The notes under the pieces were generated by a model. That model was not told where the DNA came from and did no database searches. It saw nothing but the letters and a program-made list of their open reading frames with translations. From Candidatus Latescibacterota bacterium (GTDB taxonomy: Bacteria; Latescibacterota; UBA2968; UBA8231), in assembly GCA_965208105.1 (NCBI GenBank), contig OZ242318.1:3424001-3488000 (forward strand): DNA of 64,000 bases. The letters run 5' to 3'. How positions within the stretch are numbered: position 1 is the stretch's first letter; each line of letters starts with the position of its first letter. Below are positions 38,082 to 47,396 of this stretch, in pieces. Both the position numbers and the translations under genes were made by a program.

Positions 38082-41000
38082 TGGTGTTGCGCAGAACAGC
38101 AAGGAGAATGCCCAAATGGAGTGGCGCCGGTTTCTTCGGCATCGCTCTGTCCGCGGCGGTTCTGTTCTGGTCTCTGCCCGCATCCGGCCAGGATATTCTC
38201 ACCTCGCAGCTGGTGCAGGGATTCGGCAAGAACAAGGTGCGCTACAAGAACTTCGACTGGTGGATTCTCGAAAGCGAGCACCTCGACCTGTATTACGAGC
38301 CCGAATTCCACGAACTTGCCGCAACGGCGGTTGAGTACCTGGAGGAGGCCTATGTCCACATCAGCGCGGTCCTGCACCACGAGCTGTCCCACCGGCCTCC
38401 CATCGTAATTTTCAAGTCGCACTACGAGTTCCAGCAAACCAACATCATCCACGAGTTCCTTCCCCCGGGAGTGGCCGGCTTTGCCGAGCCTCTGCGCTAC
38501 CGCATAGTCATTCCATTCAACGGCGACCTGGACGAGTTCCGCAACGTCCTGGTCCACGAACTCTGCCACATCTTTCAGTACGACATCCTCTACAAGGGGC
38601 CGATAAAGCGCCTGTCCAACCCCCTCAGTTCCCCGCCGACCTGGATCATGGAAGGCATGGCCGAGTACGTGACCCCCGGGCGCAACACGGTCGACGAGAT
38701 GGTGCTGCGCGACGCGGTCCTCACCGACCAGCTGATCCCCCTGGAGGCAATGAACTCGTCCTGGGGCTCCGGAAACGTCTTTCTCGCCTACAAGCAGAGC
38801 CACAGCATCATCGAGTACATCGCGGCCAACTACGGCCCCGAAAAGATCAGCCGCATCCTGCGCCTGTGGGACAGCCAGAACGACACCGACAAACTGCTGC
38901 AGCGCCTCATGGGCAAGGACATGGACATGGAGACGTTGCACGAGCGCTGGTCGGCACACATGCGCAAACAGTACTGGCCCCTTCTCCAGACCCGGGACTA
39001 CCTCGCCGAACTGGGCAGCAAGGTCGGCAGCGAAGATAACCCGTATCAAGGCTACGCCAGCGCCAAGTGGTCGCTGAGCGGCGATATGCTCGCGGTGCTG
39101 TCCTCGGACGCGGTGGAGCAGCACATCGACATCATCCGGGTTCACGACGGCTCGCTGGTCGAGCGCGTGACCAGGGGAATGTTCGCCACCCGCTACGACC
39201 ATTTGACCTTCGGCGAGGGCACCGTGGCATGGGCTCCCGACGGGCACAGCATTGCCTTTGTGGCCAAGAAGGGCCCGAAGGACATGATCCTCCTCTGGGA
39301 CCTCTACGACAAGCGGCTGGTGCAGAGCATGAGTTTTGACGGTCTGGAGGTGATCGAAGCCCTTTCCTTTTCGCCCGACAGCCGCCGCCTTGCCTTTGTG
39401 GGCAGCGGCTACGGTCAAAGCGACATCTACATGGTCGAGGTCGAAAGCGGGGACCTCACCCAGATTACCGGCACTCCCCAGCGCGACGACTATCCGGCAT
39501 TTTCCCCCGACGGGGAAAGACTCGCATTCAGCAGCAAGTACGGCACTCAATTCGACATCAAACTCTACGACTTCTCCACCGGCAAGAGCCAGGTGGTGGT
39601 GCAGAGTCCCACCGACGACCTGTGGCCCAAATGGTTCCCGGACGGAGACAAGCTGCTCTTCGTCTCGACCCGGGAAAAGATCAACGACCTCTTTGTCTAC
39701 GACCTCGAAGAGGGCCGCGAGTACCGCATCACCCGGACCTTGAGCGGGGTCATGAGCCCGGATTTGTCCGCGGACGGCAAGCAACTCATTATGAGCACCT
39801 ACTACCAGGGCCGCAGCCGTCTCTATCGGATGAAGATACCCCCGTGGCCCGAGATCGTGCGCACCAGCGCTGACCTGTACGCCCGGGCGGAAGGCGGATC
39901 TGCCCCCGGGTCGTCTCCTCCGGATCCGGCGCGGTCCGCCCGGGACAGCGAAGCGCCTCCACCGATCCCGGCTGACGAACAGTCACCGGGAGATGAAATA
40001 CATGCCGAGTTGAAGGAGGAAATTTCTCTCGTTGAGCAGGGCACCGGTCAGGGGGGTGCTGTGCTCCTGGCCGACATTTCCGGAGGTTTGACCGGGCTCG
40101 AGGCGGAGGAGAAGGCCGAACCCAAGGCCCGGGCGCCGGCCGGACCTGCGGATTCCCTGGAAACGGCGGGGATCGGAGCGCCGGAGCTGAAACGGCGCCG
40201 CTACGTTCCCAAGCTGGAGTTCGACGGCATCAGCCTGCAGATGGGCTACAATACGGGTGGTTTCCTGTCTTCGGTGGCGCAGTTGAGCATGAGCGACCTC
40301 CTTGGCAATCACTCGCTGGCCCTGGCCACCGACTACGTGGCTTCCCAGGACATCAGCAACGATTTCAACTTTGCCGGGACCTACCAGTACTACGGACAGC
40401 GTCCCACCTACAACGCAGCCGTTTTCAACTGGAACCAGTTCTACAGCGACCGCAATTTCTTCAACCAGCCGACCTTTCGCCGCACCCCCTTCACCTCGGG
40501 CATCGTGCGCATTCAACAGCGGGGGGCGCTGTTGTCGGCCTCCTATCCGCGCGACCTATACCGCCGCCTGGACCTGAACTACACCTATGTGAGCGAAGTG
40601 GAGGAACGGGTCTATCCCCAGCAGGAGCTGGTGGATTCCAGCAGCACTCACCTGCTCAGGGCCGCTTACGTGCACGATTCGATCACCTACGGGTTGCTGG
40701 GGCCCACCGCCGGCCGGAGCTACTTTCTCTCCATCGGCCGCACGCTCAGACTATCCGGCGGCGACCGTTCCTTCGCCCACATCGAGGTGGACTACCGCCA
40801 TTACCTGCGCCTGGGCCGCTGGTCGGTGCTTGGCCTGCGCGGCAGCAGCATCTCATCCATAGGGCCGGACGCACTCAGCTACAACCTGGGCGGCCCCGCC
40901 TGGTGGCAGCCGTTCTACGCCGGGTTCAACCTCAACGCCGGCCCCTTGCGAGGCTACAAATGGTCTGAGCTTCAGGGCAGCCGGGTGGTGCTGGCGAACG

Positions 41001-41326
41001 CCGAGTTGCGCGTGCCGTTTATTCGGGGCATCCTTTTCGGCTGGCCCGGAAATTTCGTCATTCCCGCGGTGGACGGCAGCGCATTTCTTGACCTGGGGAC
41101 GGCGTGGGACGAGACGGACAAGCTTGAACTCTGGCCGCTTTACAATCCCGAATCCCCGGATACCGCCCTCGAGCCAGGGGCCGTGAAGTCCCTGCGTGCA
41201 AGTGTGGGCTTCGGACTGGTGCTCTACTTCATCCTGCCGATGAATTTCGAGTGGGCATGGCAGACCGACCTGCAAGGCCACTATTCGGACCGCCGCTTTC
41301 ACTTCAGCTTTGGACAAAGTTTTTGA
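38081..41326 (+). CDS. Omp85/BamA-superfamily protein: zincin peptidase + TolB-like propeller + barrel
   Basis: QGFGKNKVRY, HELCH and W.MEG.AEY, several PD40 repeats (WAPDG, FSPDG), GPLRGY lid loop, C-terminal FHFSFGQSF. Start lies between 38081 and 38108. Confidence 0.85.
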   Translation: MVLRRTARRMPKWSGAGFFGIALSAAVLFWSLPASGQDILTSQLVQGFGKNKVRYKNFDWWILESEHLDLYYEPEFHELAATAVEYLEEAYVHISAVLHHELSHRPPIVIFKSHYEFQQTNIIHEFLPPGVAGFAEPLRYRIVIPFNGDLDEFRNVLVHELCHIFQYDILYKGPIKRLSNPLSSPPTWIMEGMAEYVTPGRNTVDEMVLRDAVLTDQLIPLEAMNSSWGSGNVFLAYKQSHSIIEYIAANYGPEKISRILRLWDSQNDTDKLLQRLMGKDMDMETLHERWSAHMRKQYWPLLQTRDYLAELGSKVGSEDNPYQGYASAKWSLSGDMLAVLSSDAVEQHIDIIRVHDGSLVERVTRGMFATRYDHLTFGEGTVAWAPDGHSIAFVAKKGPKDMILLWDLYDKRLVQSMSFDGLEVIEALSFSPDSRRLAFVGSGYGQSDIYMVEVESGDLTQITGTPQRDDYPAFSPDGERLAFSSKYGTQFDIKLYDFSTGKSQVVVQSPTDDLWPKWFPDGDKLLFVSTREKINDLFVYDLEEGREYRITRTLSGVMSPDLSADGKQLIMSTYYQGRSRLYRMKIPPWPEIVRTSADLYARAEGGSAPGSSPPDPARSARDSEAPPPIPADEQSPGDEIHAELKEEISLVEQGTGQGGAVLLADISGGLTGLEAEEKAEPKARAPAGPADSLETAGIGAPELKRRRYVPKLEFDGISLQMGYNTGGFLSSVAQLSMSDLLGNHSLALATDYVASQDISNDFNFAGTYQYYGQRPTYNAAVFNWNQFYSDRNFFNQPTFRRTPFTSGIVRIQQRGALLSASYPRDLYRRLDLNYTYVSEVEERVYPQQELVDSSSTHLLRAAYVHDSITYGLLGPTAGRSYFLSIGRTLRLSGGDRSFAHIEVDYRHYLRLGRWSVLGLRGSSISSIGPDALSYNLGGPAWWQPFYAGFNLNAGPLRGYKWSELQGSRVVLANAELRVPFIRGILFGWPGNFVIPAVDGSAFLDLGTAWDETDKLELWPLYNPESPDTALEPGAVKSLRASVGFGLVLYFILPMNFEWAWQTDLQGHYSDRRFHFSFGQSF

Positions 41327-42036
41327 GAAGGCATTTCCCCTTCATCGGCTGCCTGGCCATTGCCGCGGGATTCCTTGGCTGTGCGAGCCAGGGCACCTTC
41401 AAGACGGTCGAGTTCCAGGCGCCGTCCCTGCCCGATCCGGCCCTGCGTCCTCTGCTCGAGGACGTCAAGCGCATCGGCGTGCTCTCCATTACCAATATCG
41501 ACCCTTTCAGGGAGTTGGACATCGAGAAGGTCATGGCCCGGATGGGCGACGCCATCGCACGGGGATTGAGCAACAGGCCCCGGACCACGGTGGTATCCCA
41601 GGACGAGATCACCTGGCACTTCAAGGATATGGCCTTCGATTCGACCAATGTCTTCACCAGGAAGACGAGAACCGCCCTGCGCGAGGAGATGAAGCTCGAT
41701 GCTCTGGTTTTTGTCGAGCTCAACGGTGTGCAGGCGCGCATGGCCCCCGTGTCTCCCTCGCCCTATGCCTATGGGGGACTCACTCCCAATCCGAGCATGA
41801 CCATGTCGGTGGATCTGCAGGTGAGCCTGATCAACCTGCACAGCGGCAAGGCCTGGCAGCGCCAGGGGCGGCAGCGCAACTGGCAGCCGATCCAGATTTC
41901 GCAGCTCATGGGTGCCGGCAACCAGACCGAGCGTCAGTTGATGATGGCCATGGCGGGGACCCTGCGGCAGTTCTTCCTGATGGTGGCCCCGCCTCCGCGC
42001 CTGCAGGCGCGCCGTTTCGAGATCAGCGGCAATTGA
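41323..42036 (+). CDS. Hypothetical lipoprotein
   Basis: TTG start overlaps the Omp85 stop; lipobox FLGC. Confidence 0.7.
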   Translation: MRRHFPFIGCLAIAAGFLGCASQGTFKTVEFQAPSLPDPALRPLLEDVKRIGVLSITNIDPFRELDIEKVMARMGDAIARGLSNRPRTTVVSQDEITWHFKDMAFDSTNVFTRKTRTALREEMKLDALVFVELNGVQARMAPVSPSPYAYGGLTPNPSMTMSVDLQVSLINLHSGKAWQRQGRQRNWQPIQISQLMGAGNQTERQLMMAMAGTLRQFFLMVAPPPRLQARRFEISGN

Positions 42037-42053
42037 ATTGAGTGAGACCTGCA

Positions 42054-42100
42054 GAACGAAAAGAGGCGGATGGTGAATATCCATCCGCCTCTTTTCGTTC
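42054..42100. terminator. Bidirectional terminator
   Basis: Perfect 20-bp stem with A/T tracts, between convergent genes. Confidence 0.85.
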
Positions 42101-42116
42101 CGGTCGGGAGGTCGTA

Positions 42117-42872
42117 CTATCGGCCGCCCCGGCGCTTGGGCTTGGTGCTGCCCTTCTCCTCCGAAGTGGAGGCGGGCTTGGAGCTCTTGGGTTTCGCGCT
42201 GCCGCTCGATGAAGGTGCCGGTCGCGACGTGGCGGCGGGGCGGGTTCGCCGCGGTTGCTCGCGCTGGTCCCACAGGCGTTCGGCCCTGCGGCGCTCCTCG
42301 CGGCGCAGGGCTCCGGTGTCTACCGCCGGTTGGGTCGACAGGGCCTGCTCGGCCGCGCGCAGTTGATTGAGGGTGGCGATGCTCACCAGCTCGTATCCCG
42401 GGGGGACGTAGTAGCCGCTGCCGTCGCGGTAGTAGGGATCGGCGCCGTAGCCATAGGGATCGGCACCGTAGCCGTAATAGGAAGAGGGGCCATAGCCGTA
42501 GCCGTAGGGATAGTACCCTTGGCCATAGCCGTAAGGATAATACCCCTGACCATAGCCGTAAGGAGAGCCCAGCGCGGCACCGTAGAGACCGTACCTGGAG
42601 TCGAAGCCGAAGAGGGGATAGCCGCCATAGCCCTCAAATCCATAGGTCCCGGCAGGTGCATTCGGATAGTAGAAATCGTTCCAGGGGTCCGGCCGCTCCT
42701 GGAAACGGCCAAGAGTGGGTGCCTCTTCCCATTTTTCCTGTCCCTGGGACAACTCCTGTGCCCTCCGCAGGTCGGCGGCTGTTTTGGGTCCCTGAAGCAC
42801 AGTATAACAACCACTCAGAAGGAAACAGGCCAGACCGAGCGCTGTGGTCGGGAACAAAATTTTCGCCTTCAT
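42117..42872 (-). CDS. Tyr/Gly-rich low-complexity lipoprotein
   Basis: Lipobox LSGC; YGYGQGYYP and YGYGADP repeats; basic tail. Confidence 0.75.
   Translation of the reverse strand: MKAKILFPTTALGLACFLLSGCYTVLQGPKTAADLRRAQELSQGQEKWEEAPTLGRFQERPDPWNDFYYPNAPAGTYGFEGYGGYPLFGFDSRYGLYGAALGSPYGYGQGYYPYGYGQGYYPYGYGYGPSSYYGYGADPYGYGADPYYRDGSGYYVPPGYELVSIATLNQLRAAEQALSTQPAVDTGALRREERRRAERLWDQREQPRRTRPAATSRPAPSSSGSAKPKSSKPASTSEEKGSTKPKRRGGR
42430..42565 (-). repeat. Coding tandem repeats (27-nt and 21-nt units)
   Basis: Two YGYGQGYYP units and two YGYGADP units. Confidence 0.7.
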
Positions 42873-43109
42873 GACAACCTGCTTTCTGCCCGGGTGGGCG
42901 TTCTTCCCAAATGTAGAACCTTGCATGGAGGATGCGGGTTCCTGGCCAGATTCAAAGTGGACCTGGCTGCAGGTTAAGATAATAAAAAAATGTCCGCAGT
43001 CAAACCCTTCTGGTGCCCGGACCGCAGTTGCCGATCGCCGTCCTGGTTGAGATATAAGACGTAATAAATAAAGGAAGTTAATTTATAATCCAGGATTCCG
43101 CGGCAGCGG

Positions 43110-44456
43110 TTAAAAGCGATAGCTCGCGCTGGCGAAGATGCGGCTGAGGACGGTTTCTTCCGCAAGATCGCCTTCAACCACTTCGAAATCACCGCGGGTC
43201 CAGGCCGCGTCCACCTGCATGACCTCGTCGAAAAGCATGCCCGCTCCCAGGGTGAAATACCGGCGGTCGCGCACGATGGAGATGAGGGGATTAGTAGCAG
43301 GATTGGGGCTGAGGTCCGGATCCCGCGGTCCGACAAAGGGCCAGGGGTCGCTGTAATAGCCGGCCCGGAGGTCCAGGGTGATGACGGGGACCTGCCATTC
43401 GATGCCCAGGTGATAGCGAACCACGTCTTCGTACTGCTCCTCGAAGGCGGCATTGGCGCGCACTCCGTACTCGTCCTCGCCCTTGTACTCGCTCTGGGAC
43501 CACCCTGCCACGTGGGCGCTGCCGGCCAGCCAAAGGCCCTTGACGGGCTGGCAGGAGAGGCCGGCGCCGAACTGCAGCGGCAGGGAGAGTTTGTAGGAGC
43601 CGCTATCGACTATGTTGCGGGTGGTCTCGGGCTCGCGGCCGTCGTCGTACTCGATGGAGTTGTAGCCGAATCCGCCGTCCTCGTCGTCCATTGCATAGGA
43701 GAATTCGTAGTCGATCTTGTAGGTGGGTCCGGTGGATATGGTGGCGCCGAAGCGCACCCTCGGATCCTCCCGGGGGGTGCGCACCATGGCGCCCAGGGTG
43801 GCGCCGAAGGCCGTGTTGTAGTCGTCATTGAATTCATCCCTTGCACTCCAGCGGCTCTCGATGAAATGGTCTTCGCTGTCGATCCAGTTGAAGTCGCGGA
43901 TGTTTTCGTCTTCCCCTGACAGGAAATTCAGGGTCATACCCAGGGCAATCGAGGGGGAGATGTCGATGGCCCCCGCGAGCGACACCATGGTCAGGTCGCC
44001 CTCGTGGCTGAAGGTATCGTCTATCTTCAGGCTGTCGACCTCGCTGAATCCCCGGATGCGGACGATCGAATCGAAGTCCTTGACCTGGTTGAAGCCGGCG
44101 CCGAAGACCAGGCTGCCCCTGTAGACGGGGTAGGGATAGACCAGGCCGAGAGAGCCGATGCGGGTGTTGCTCAGCCCGCTGGACGTGGGCGTTCCTGAAG
44201 CCTTCCGGGCATTGTTGTCGTAGGTGTTGTGGATGACCGCAACGTAGCCCTGGCGCTGGCGCATCTGCGCCAGCCCGGCCGGGTTCCAGAACACCGCGGT
44301 GAAATCGTCCGCCACCCCCACGTAGGCGCCGCCCATGCTCATGGCGCGAACGCCGAGTCCGGCGAAATTGCTGATGGCGCGCTCCTGGGCCGCCAAGGTG
44401 CCGGCGCAGCAAACGCTGAATACCAGGGCGGACAAGGTGCAGCTGATTCTCGGCAT
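43110..44456 (-). CDS. FadL/PorV-like outer membrane beta-barrel
   Basis: GVRAMSMGGAYVGVADD..A..WNPAGL N-terminal motif; terminal YRF. Confidence 0.85.
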   Translation of the reverse strand: MPRISCTLSALVFSVCCAGTLAAQERAISNFAGLGVRAMSMGGAYVGVADDFTAVFWNPAGLAQMRQRQGYVAVIHNTYDNNARKASGTPTSSGLSNTRIGSLGLVYPYPVYRGSLVFGAGFNQVKDFDSIVRIRGFSEVDSLKIDDTFSHEGDLTMVSLAGAIDISPSIALGMTLNFLSGEDENIRDFNWIDSEDHFIESRWSARDEFNDDYNTAFGATLGAMVRTPREDPRVRFGATISTGPTYKIDYEFSYAMDDEDGGFGYNSIEYDDGREPETTRNIVDSGSYKLSLPLQFGAGLSCQPVKGLWLAGSAHVAGWSQSEYKGEDEYGVRANAAFEEQYEDVVRYHLGIEWQVPVITLDLRAGYYSDPWPFVGPRDPDLSPNPATNPLISIVRDRRYFTLGAGMLFDEVMQVDAAWTRGDFEVVEGDLAEETVLSRIFASASYRF

Positions 44457-45244
44457 CAGAACTCCTCCGCGTAGAGAACGGTCAGCTCGCGGCTCATGTT
44501 GGACAATTTCGCCTTGCCCTCGCCGGCGTTTCCCAGCATGTCCTTGAGGTAGAATCCCAGGGTGAGCTGCGGCCCGACGGACCAGCGCCCCCCGGCGTTG
44601 AGGTATCCCCTGCCAGAGCCCAGCGCCTCCTGGGCGTTGTCGTTGAATCCCGGATCGTATTCGGCTACCAGGGCCAGTTGGCCGCCGATGCCCTTATCGA
44701 TGCCCAGCCACCCTGAAAGGTCGTCGTCGTCGCGGTTTTCGCGGCTGAGATTGAACCCTCCGTGGATCCCGAACTGCCCCAGGGGAGATATGTAGTTCTT
44801 GCTCAGAACCACGAGGAACCCCTTGGACTTGATCTGGTAGCGGTCGTTTTCGTGGGTGCCGTATCCCTGTGTCTCGTAGCCCAGGACCAGGGCCGGCCAG
44901 GTGGTGTTTTCTTCGATCAGGCGGAATTTCACCGCCGCCTCCACCCGGGGGTACCAATCGATGTCCTGGTCTCCGATGATCTGCTCGCCGCCAAAGGAGA
45001 TCCCGACGGTGAGACGTGAAAGGACGCCTGCGTGCAGCTGGGTGGAGACGCCGCCGTTGGGAAAGAAGCGCAGGTCGATGCCGAAGCGTCCTTTGTCTGC
45101 GAGTCCCGCCGTGGGGCTGTCGATGAGGCGGGCTTGTTCGGACAGGGGCTCGGCTTCTGCGCGGATGAAGGAGAGAGAGGCAAACCCGGGGGCAAGCAGG
45201 AGCAGGAGGTGAAGCGGGCGAAGCGGTAGTCTGGTTGTATGCAC
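44456..45244 (-). CDS. YjbH-like outer membrane beta-barrel protein
   Basis: LIDSPTAG after the signal peptide; amphipathic strands; terminal F. Start uncertain. Confidence 0.65.
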   Translation of the reverse strand: MHTTRLPLRPLHLLLLLAPGFASLSFIRAEAEPLSEQARLIDSPTAGLADKGRFGIDLRFFPNGGVSTQLHAGVLSRLTVGISFGGEQIIGDQDIDWYPRVEAAVKFRLIEENTTWPALVLGYETQGYGTHENDRYQIKSKGFLVVLSKNYISPLGQFGIHGGFNLSRENRDDDDLSGWLGIDKGIGGQLALVAEYDPGFNDNAQEALGSGRGYLNAGGRWSVGPQLTLGFYLKDMLGNAGEGKAKLSNMSRELTVLYAEEF

Positions 45245-45360
45245 CTGATTTGCCTTCCGCGAGCATCCGGGCTGGGCGGCCATGCCCGGCGATCTCCTGT
45301 GAACCTCCCTCCGGTCCCTGGTCTCCGGAGGTCTCTCATGCCGTCCGTCAGCAATCCCTC

Positions 45361-45810
45361 TCAGGGGACTCGCAAGCTCGAGATGATGCGGCGCTCTGTA
45401 TCGGAAATGTACTCCAGGGATATGTCCCTGCGCCCGGAGGGGAGAAGGTCCCCTGCGCGCTCGGACCACTCGACCAGGCAGATGCCGGGTCCGTAAAAAT
45501 ACTCCTCAGCGCCCAGGTCTTCAAGTTCGGACTGGGTGTTGAGGCGGTAGAGGTCGAAATGATAGACGGGGATGGGGTGGGTATTCAGGCTGCCGCGGTA
45601 TTCGTTAATCAGGATGAAGGTGGGGCTGTTGACATGGCCCGATACCCCCAGCCCCTGGCAGATGCCCTGTATCATGCAGGTCTTCCCGCTGCCCAGATCT
45701 CCCCTGAAGGCGACGAGATCGCCGGGGACGAGGGTCCTGGCGAGAAGTATCCCCCGGTCGCGGGTCTCCTCGGGGGAACGGCTGATGATCGTTTCTTCTT
45801 CCAGGGGCAT
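45361..45810 (-). CDS. tsaE: tRNA t6A ATPase TsaE
   Basis: GDLGSGKT, SPTF.LINEY, HFDLYRL, VEW. Confidence 0.93.
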   Translation of the reverse strand: MPLEEETIISRSPEETRDRGILLARTLVPGDLVAFRGDLGSGKTCMIQGICQGLGVSGHVNSPTFILINEYRGSLNTHPIPVYHFDLYRLNTQSELEDLGAEEYFYGPGICLVEWSERAGDLLPSGRRDISLEYISDTERRIISSLRVP

Positions 45811-45815
45811 GCCGA

Positions 45816-47396
45816 TTACTTCGGCTCCATTATGGCCACGGGCAGGACCATCTCTTCGAGCGAGATGCCGCCGTGTTGGAAACTGTCTTTGTACTGGCGC
45901 TGGTACTCGTTGAAATTGGTAGGATATACGAAGTAGAAGTCTTCCTTGGCAATGAGGAAGTTTGCTCCCAGGCCGGCCTGGGGCAGGCCGTATGCGGGCG
46001 GATCGTCGATGTACAGCACCTCCTTCGATTCGCAGCGCAGGTTCCTGCCGTACTTGTAGCGCAGGCTTGTGGAAGTCTCGCGGTCTCCGTGGACGACCAT
46101 GGCGCGGGATCCGCGCACCGCGCCGTGGTCGGTGGTCAGCACGACCACCGCTTCCATGCGGGCGATTTGCTGGAGGCTCGCAAAGAGGGAGGAGTGGACG
46201 AACCAGGACTGCACCAGGGAGCGGAAGGCGTTCTCGTTGGGGGCGATCTCCTTCAGGAGCTGCGAACGCGAGCGGCCGTGGACCAGCATGTCGAGAAAGT
46301 TGTAGACGACGCAAACCAGTGGGACCTTGTTGAGGGAGGGTACCCTGCGGGTGAAGCTATGGCCTTCAGCCGCATCCAGGACCTTGGTGTAGTGCGAGCC
46401 GGACGGCAGCCGGAGACCCATTTCGGCGAGCTGGTCGTCGATGAAGAAGTGTTCGTGCCGGTTGAGGCTGTTCTCGTTGTCCTGGGCCGACGGCCACTTG
46501 TCAGGGTATTTTTCGGCGATTTCGCTGGGGAAGAGACCGCTGAAGATGGCATTGCGCGAGTAGGGTGTGGCGGTGGGCAGGATGGAGAAGTGGTATGAGC
46601 GCCTGATGTTGAAGAACTCGGCAAGCAATGGCTCCATGATCATCCAGTGGTCCAGCCGCAGGCAATCCACCACGATGAAAAAGACCTGGCGGCCCCGTTC
46701 CAGAGGGGGGTGGACGAATTCGGCGACGATATCCACCGAGAGGGGCGGTGAATTGTCCTGGCTGTGCAGCCAGGTGGAGTAGTTGCGCTCGACGAAGTGG
46801 CTGAACTCGCGGTTGCATTCCCCCCGCTGGCCCTCCACCATCTGGAGGAGGCTTCTGTCCCTCAGCTGGCCGACCTCGATATCCCACTCGCACAGCAGCC
46901 GGTAGACCTCGATCCAGGAGTCCCAGGCAAGGTCCCCGGAGAGCCGGGAGCGAATCTGGCTGGACCTTGATGAGTAGGCCTGGCCGGCCTGTCTCTGGCG
47001 GATTTTGCTCACGTCGAGAATCTTCTTGCAGGCCATGAAAATCTGGCTGGGGTTCACCGGCTTGGTCAGGTAGTCGTCGATGCGCCGGCCGATGGCCTCG
47101 TTCATCAGGTGCTCTTCTTCGCTCTTGGTGATCATTATGACCGGGACGTTGGGATCGAGCTCCTTGACCTGCTCCAGGGTGGAAAGGCCGTCGAGGCCCG
47201 GCATCATCTCGTCCAGGAGGACGATGTCGAAGTGAGTCTGCCGCATCAAGGCAACCGCATCCTCGCCGTTGCTCACCGGGGTTACCTCGTATCCCCTGCT
47301 GCCGAGGAAGAGGTGGTGCGAGCGCAGCAGGTCGATCTCGTCGTCGGCCCACAGAATCCTTCTTTTCGGAGTTTCCATTTGCGGTCTTTCCATCAA
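45816..47396 (-). CDS. PorX-like response regulator (REC + PglZ/alkaline-phosphatase domain)
   Basis: ILWADDEIDLL, LLDEMMPG, ITKSEEE, KPVNPSQI; VDCLRLD, LPTATPYSRNAIF, DMLVH, TTDHG, FQHGGISLEEM. Confidence 0.9.
   Translation of the reverse strand: MMERPQMETPKRRILWADDEIDLLRSHHLFLGSRGYEVTPVSNGEDAVALMRQTHFDIVLLDEMMPGLDGLSTLEQVKELDPNVPVIMITKSEEEHLMNEAIGRRIDDYLTKPVNPSQIFMACKKILDVSKIRQRQAGQAYSSRSSQIRSRLSGDLAWDSWIEVYRLLCEWDIEVGQLRDRSLLQMVEGQRGECNREFSHFVERNYSTWLHSQDNSPPLSVDIVAEFVHPPLERGRQVFFIVVDCLRLDHWMIMEPLLAEFFNIRRSYHFSILPTATPYSRNAIFSGLFPSEIAEKYPDKWPSAQDNENSLNRHEHFFIDDQLAEMGLRLPSGSHYTKVLDAAEGHSFTRRVPSLNKVPLVCVVYNFLDMLVHGRSRSQLLKEIAPNENAFRSLVQSWFVHSSLFASLQQIARMEAVVVLTTDHGAVRGSRAMVVHGDRETSTSLRYKYGRNLRCESKEVLYIDDPPAYGLPQAGLGANFLIAKEDFYFVYPTNFNEYQRQYKDSFQHGGISLEEMVLPVAIMEPK

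Noticed and set aside
37925-39784. Long antisense or alternate-frame ORFs (e.g. 37925-39784, 58463-60256, 8229-9593, 32161-33459)
   Set aside because: Shadow ORFs expected from high-GC codon bias opposite clearly identifiable genes.
45816-47396. BREX defence system (PglZ domain)
   Set aside because: PglZ is fused to a receiver domain as in PorX, and no brxC, pglX or brxL genes are present.
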